64,000 nt of DNA from Vitrella brassicaformis CCMP3155 (taxonomy: Eukaryota; Protista; Chromerida): positions 1 to 64,000 of the forward strand of contig CDMY01000278.1 of assembly GCA_001179505.1 (NCBI GenBank). Direction: 5' to 3'. Positions 63,116 through 64,000 of the stretch are shown here, piece after piece. The translations under genes were made by a program, and so were the position numbers. The notes beneath the pieces are model-generated. The model saw only the letters and a list, made by a program, of their open reading frames with translations. It made no database searches and had not been told where the DNA came from. Position 1 is the stretch's first letter. Each line of letters begins with the position of its first letter.

Positions 63116-64000
63116 ATGTGGCTGCTTGTTCCCGAGCTGGCTGCCTTTCTCGCCTTCGCCGTCACGCCCACAGGCGCAAAGAGGAGGGACGGGAGGAGGC
63201 TGCAAGGTGGGTACGAAAGACAGGGCCTGCAAGCACATGTGTGTGTTTGCGTGGTTGTATATGGAATCATAATGGGATGCAGTGGCCGGCGCATCGGCAG
63301 AGATCCCGTCGGCCTGCCGGTGCCCTGCCAATTATTGGCAGGACACTGTATGCGACCTCGAGTGCTACAATGAGGAGTGTGAATGGGACGGAGGCGATTG
63401 CCAACCAGGCACCTAGACACACAACTCACACATGGACACAGATGGGTACGTCAGTGCACGTGCATGTGTGCAGGCGTGTTTTGCAGCGACTTGGAGCCCT
63501 TCTGCAAGTGGAATGAGACCTGTGTCGGCGGCAGTGTGAGTGCATTCGGCAGATGCGAGAGCCTGTGCACCGCTATCGAGTGCTCAGAAGACGCGCACGA
63601 GATATGCGAGGTACGTGTACACACAAACACCTGCATGGATCCATACCTACACACCTGTATGCGTGTGCGCAGGTGCAGCACACACCGCACAGCGGTGAAG
63701 GCGACGGCGTTGCTAGGTGCGTGTGTGCGGAGGGCTTCAGACGAGCCGAGGACGGCAGATGCACTACAGGTGGGCACGGGTGCACCCTTGTGTGTACGTC
63801 ACTCTCCTCATTTCTGCGTGCAGAGCCGCCAAGCCCCCCGGCAGTAAGGCATCCATTGCGTGAATGCGTGGATGGCTTCCTTCCATTGGTGTCATTCCCG
63901 CCTCATTCGCTCACTTCAGGCGCCGATCAACGAAAGTGATCTGACAGCGGCTGAGTACGACCAGCTGCTGACCTGGCTGGGCGGGCCAACCAGGAGCCTC
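63116..64000 (+). CDS. Secreted/surface protein with an LNR (Notch) repeat and EGF-like modules; continues beyond the window
   Basis: Signal MWLLVPELAAFLAFAVTPTGA; LNR CPANYWQDTVCDLECYNEECEWDGGDC; then CSDLEPFCKWNETCVGG..GRCESLC and ARCVCAEGFRRAEDGRC (EGF-like). Confidence 0.8.

Noticed and set aside
1-64000. CRISPR arrays, rRNA, telomeric repeats, reverse transcriptase or integrase
   Set aside because: No regularly spaced repeats or diagnostic motifs were seen on either strand.

Overview
Intron-dense eukaryotic genomic DNA, GC-rich, with short introns filled by (GT)n/(CA)n, (GACA)n and (GATG)n microsatellites. The P4-ATPase/guanylate cyclase fusion and BiP ending in HDEL point to an alveolate, most likely a chromerid such as Vitrella (inference). 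Most listed six-frame ORFs are single exons or antisense shadows, so I rebuilt genes by hand across splice sites. Confident genes: neuroguidin/Lcp5-like (partial), a cyclic-nucleotide-binding GYG potassium-type channel, BiP (spanning a 300-N gap in an intron), a bacterial-type sulfotransferase, a Yar1-like ankyrin/family-16 methyltransferase fusion, and the P4-ATPase-guanylate cyclase. Less ordinary items: a ~9.5 kb gene apparently joining ankyrin repeats, a Pmp-like beta-helix, a Cys-rich region and a multi-pass membrane domain, lying head-to-head with the channel; two independently disabled copies of a very divergent CK1-superfamily kinase 57 kb apart; coiled-coil proteins sharing a 39-aa presequence-like leader; a 50-bp inverted repeat; a secreted protein with an internal domain duplication; a Cys-rich/TM/EF-hand-like giant protein; an LNR-EGF secreted protein; several GC-AG introns; and an exact UPRE octamer upstream of BiP. 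No rRNA, tRNA, CRISPR or intact transposon was found.
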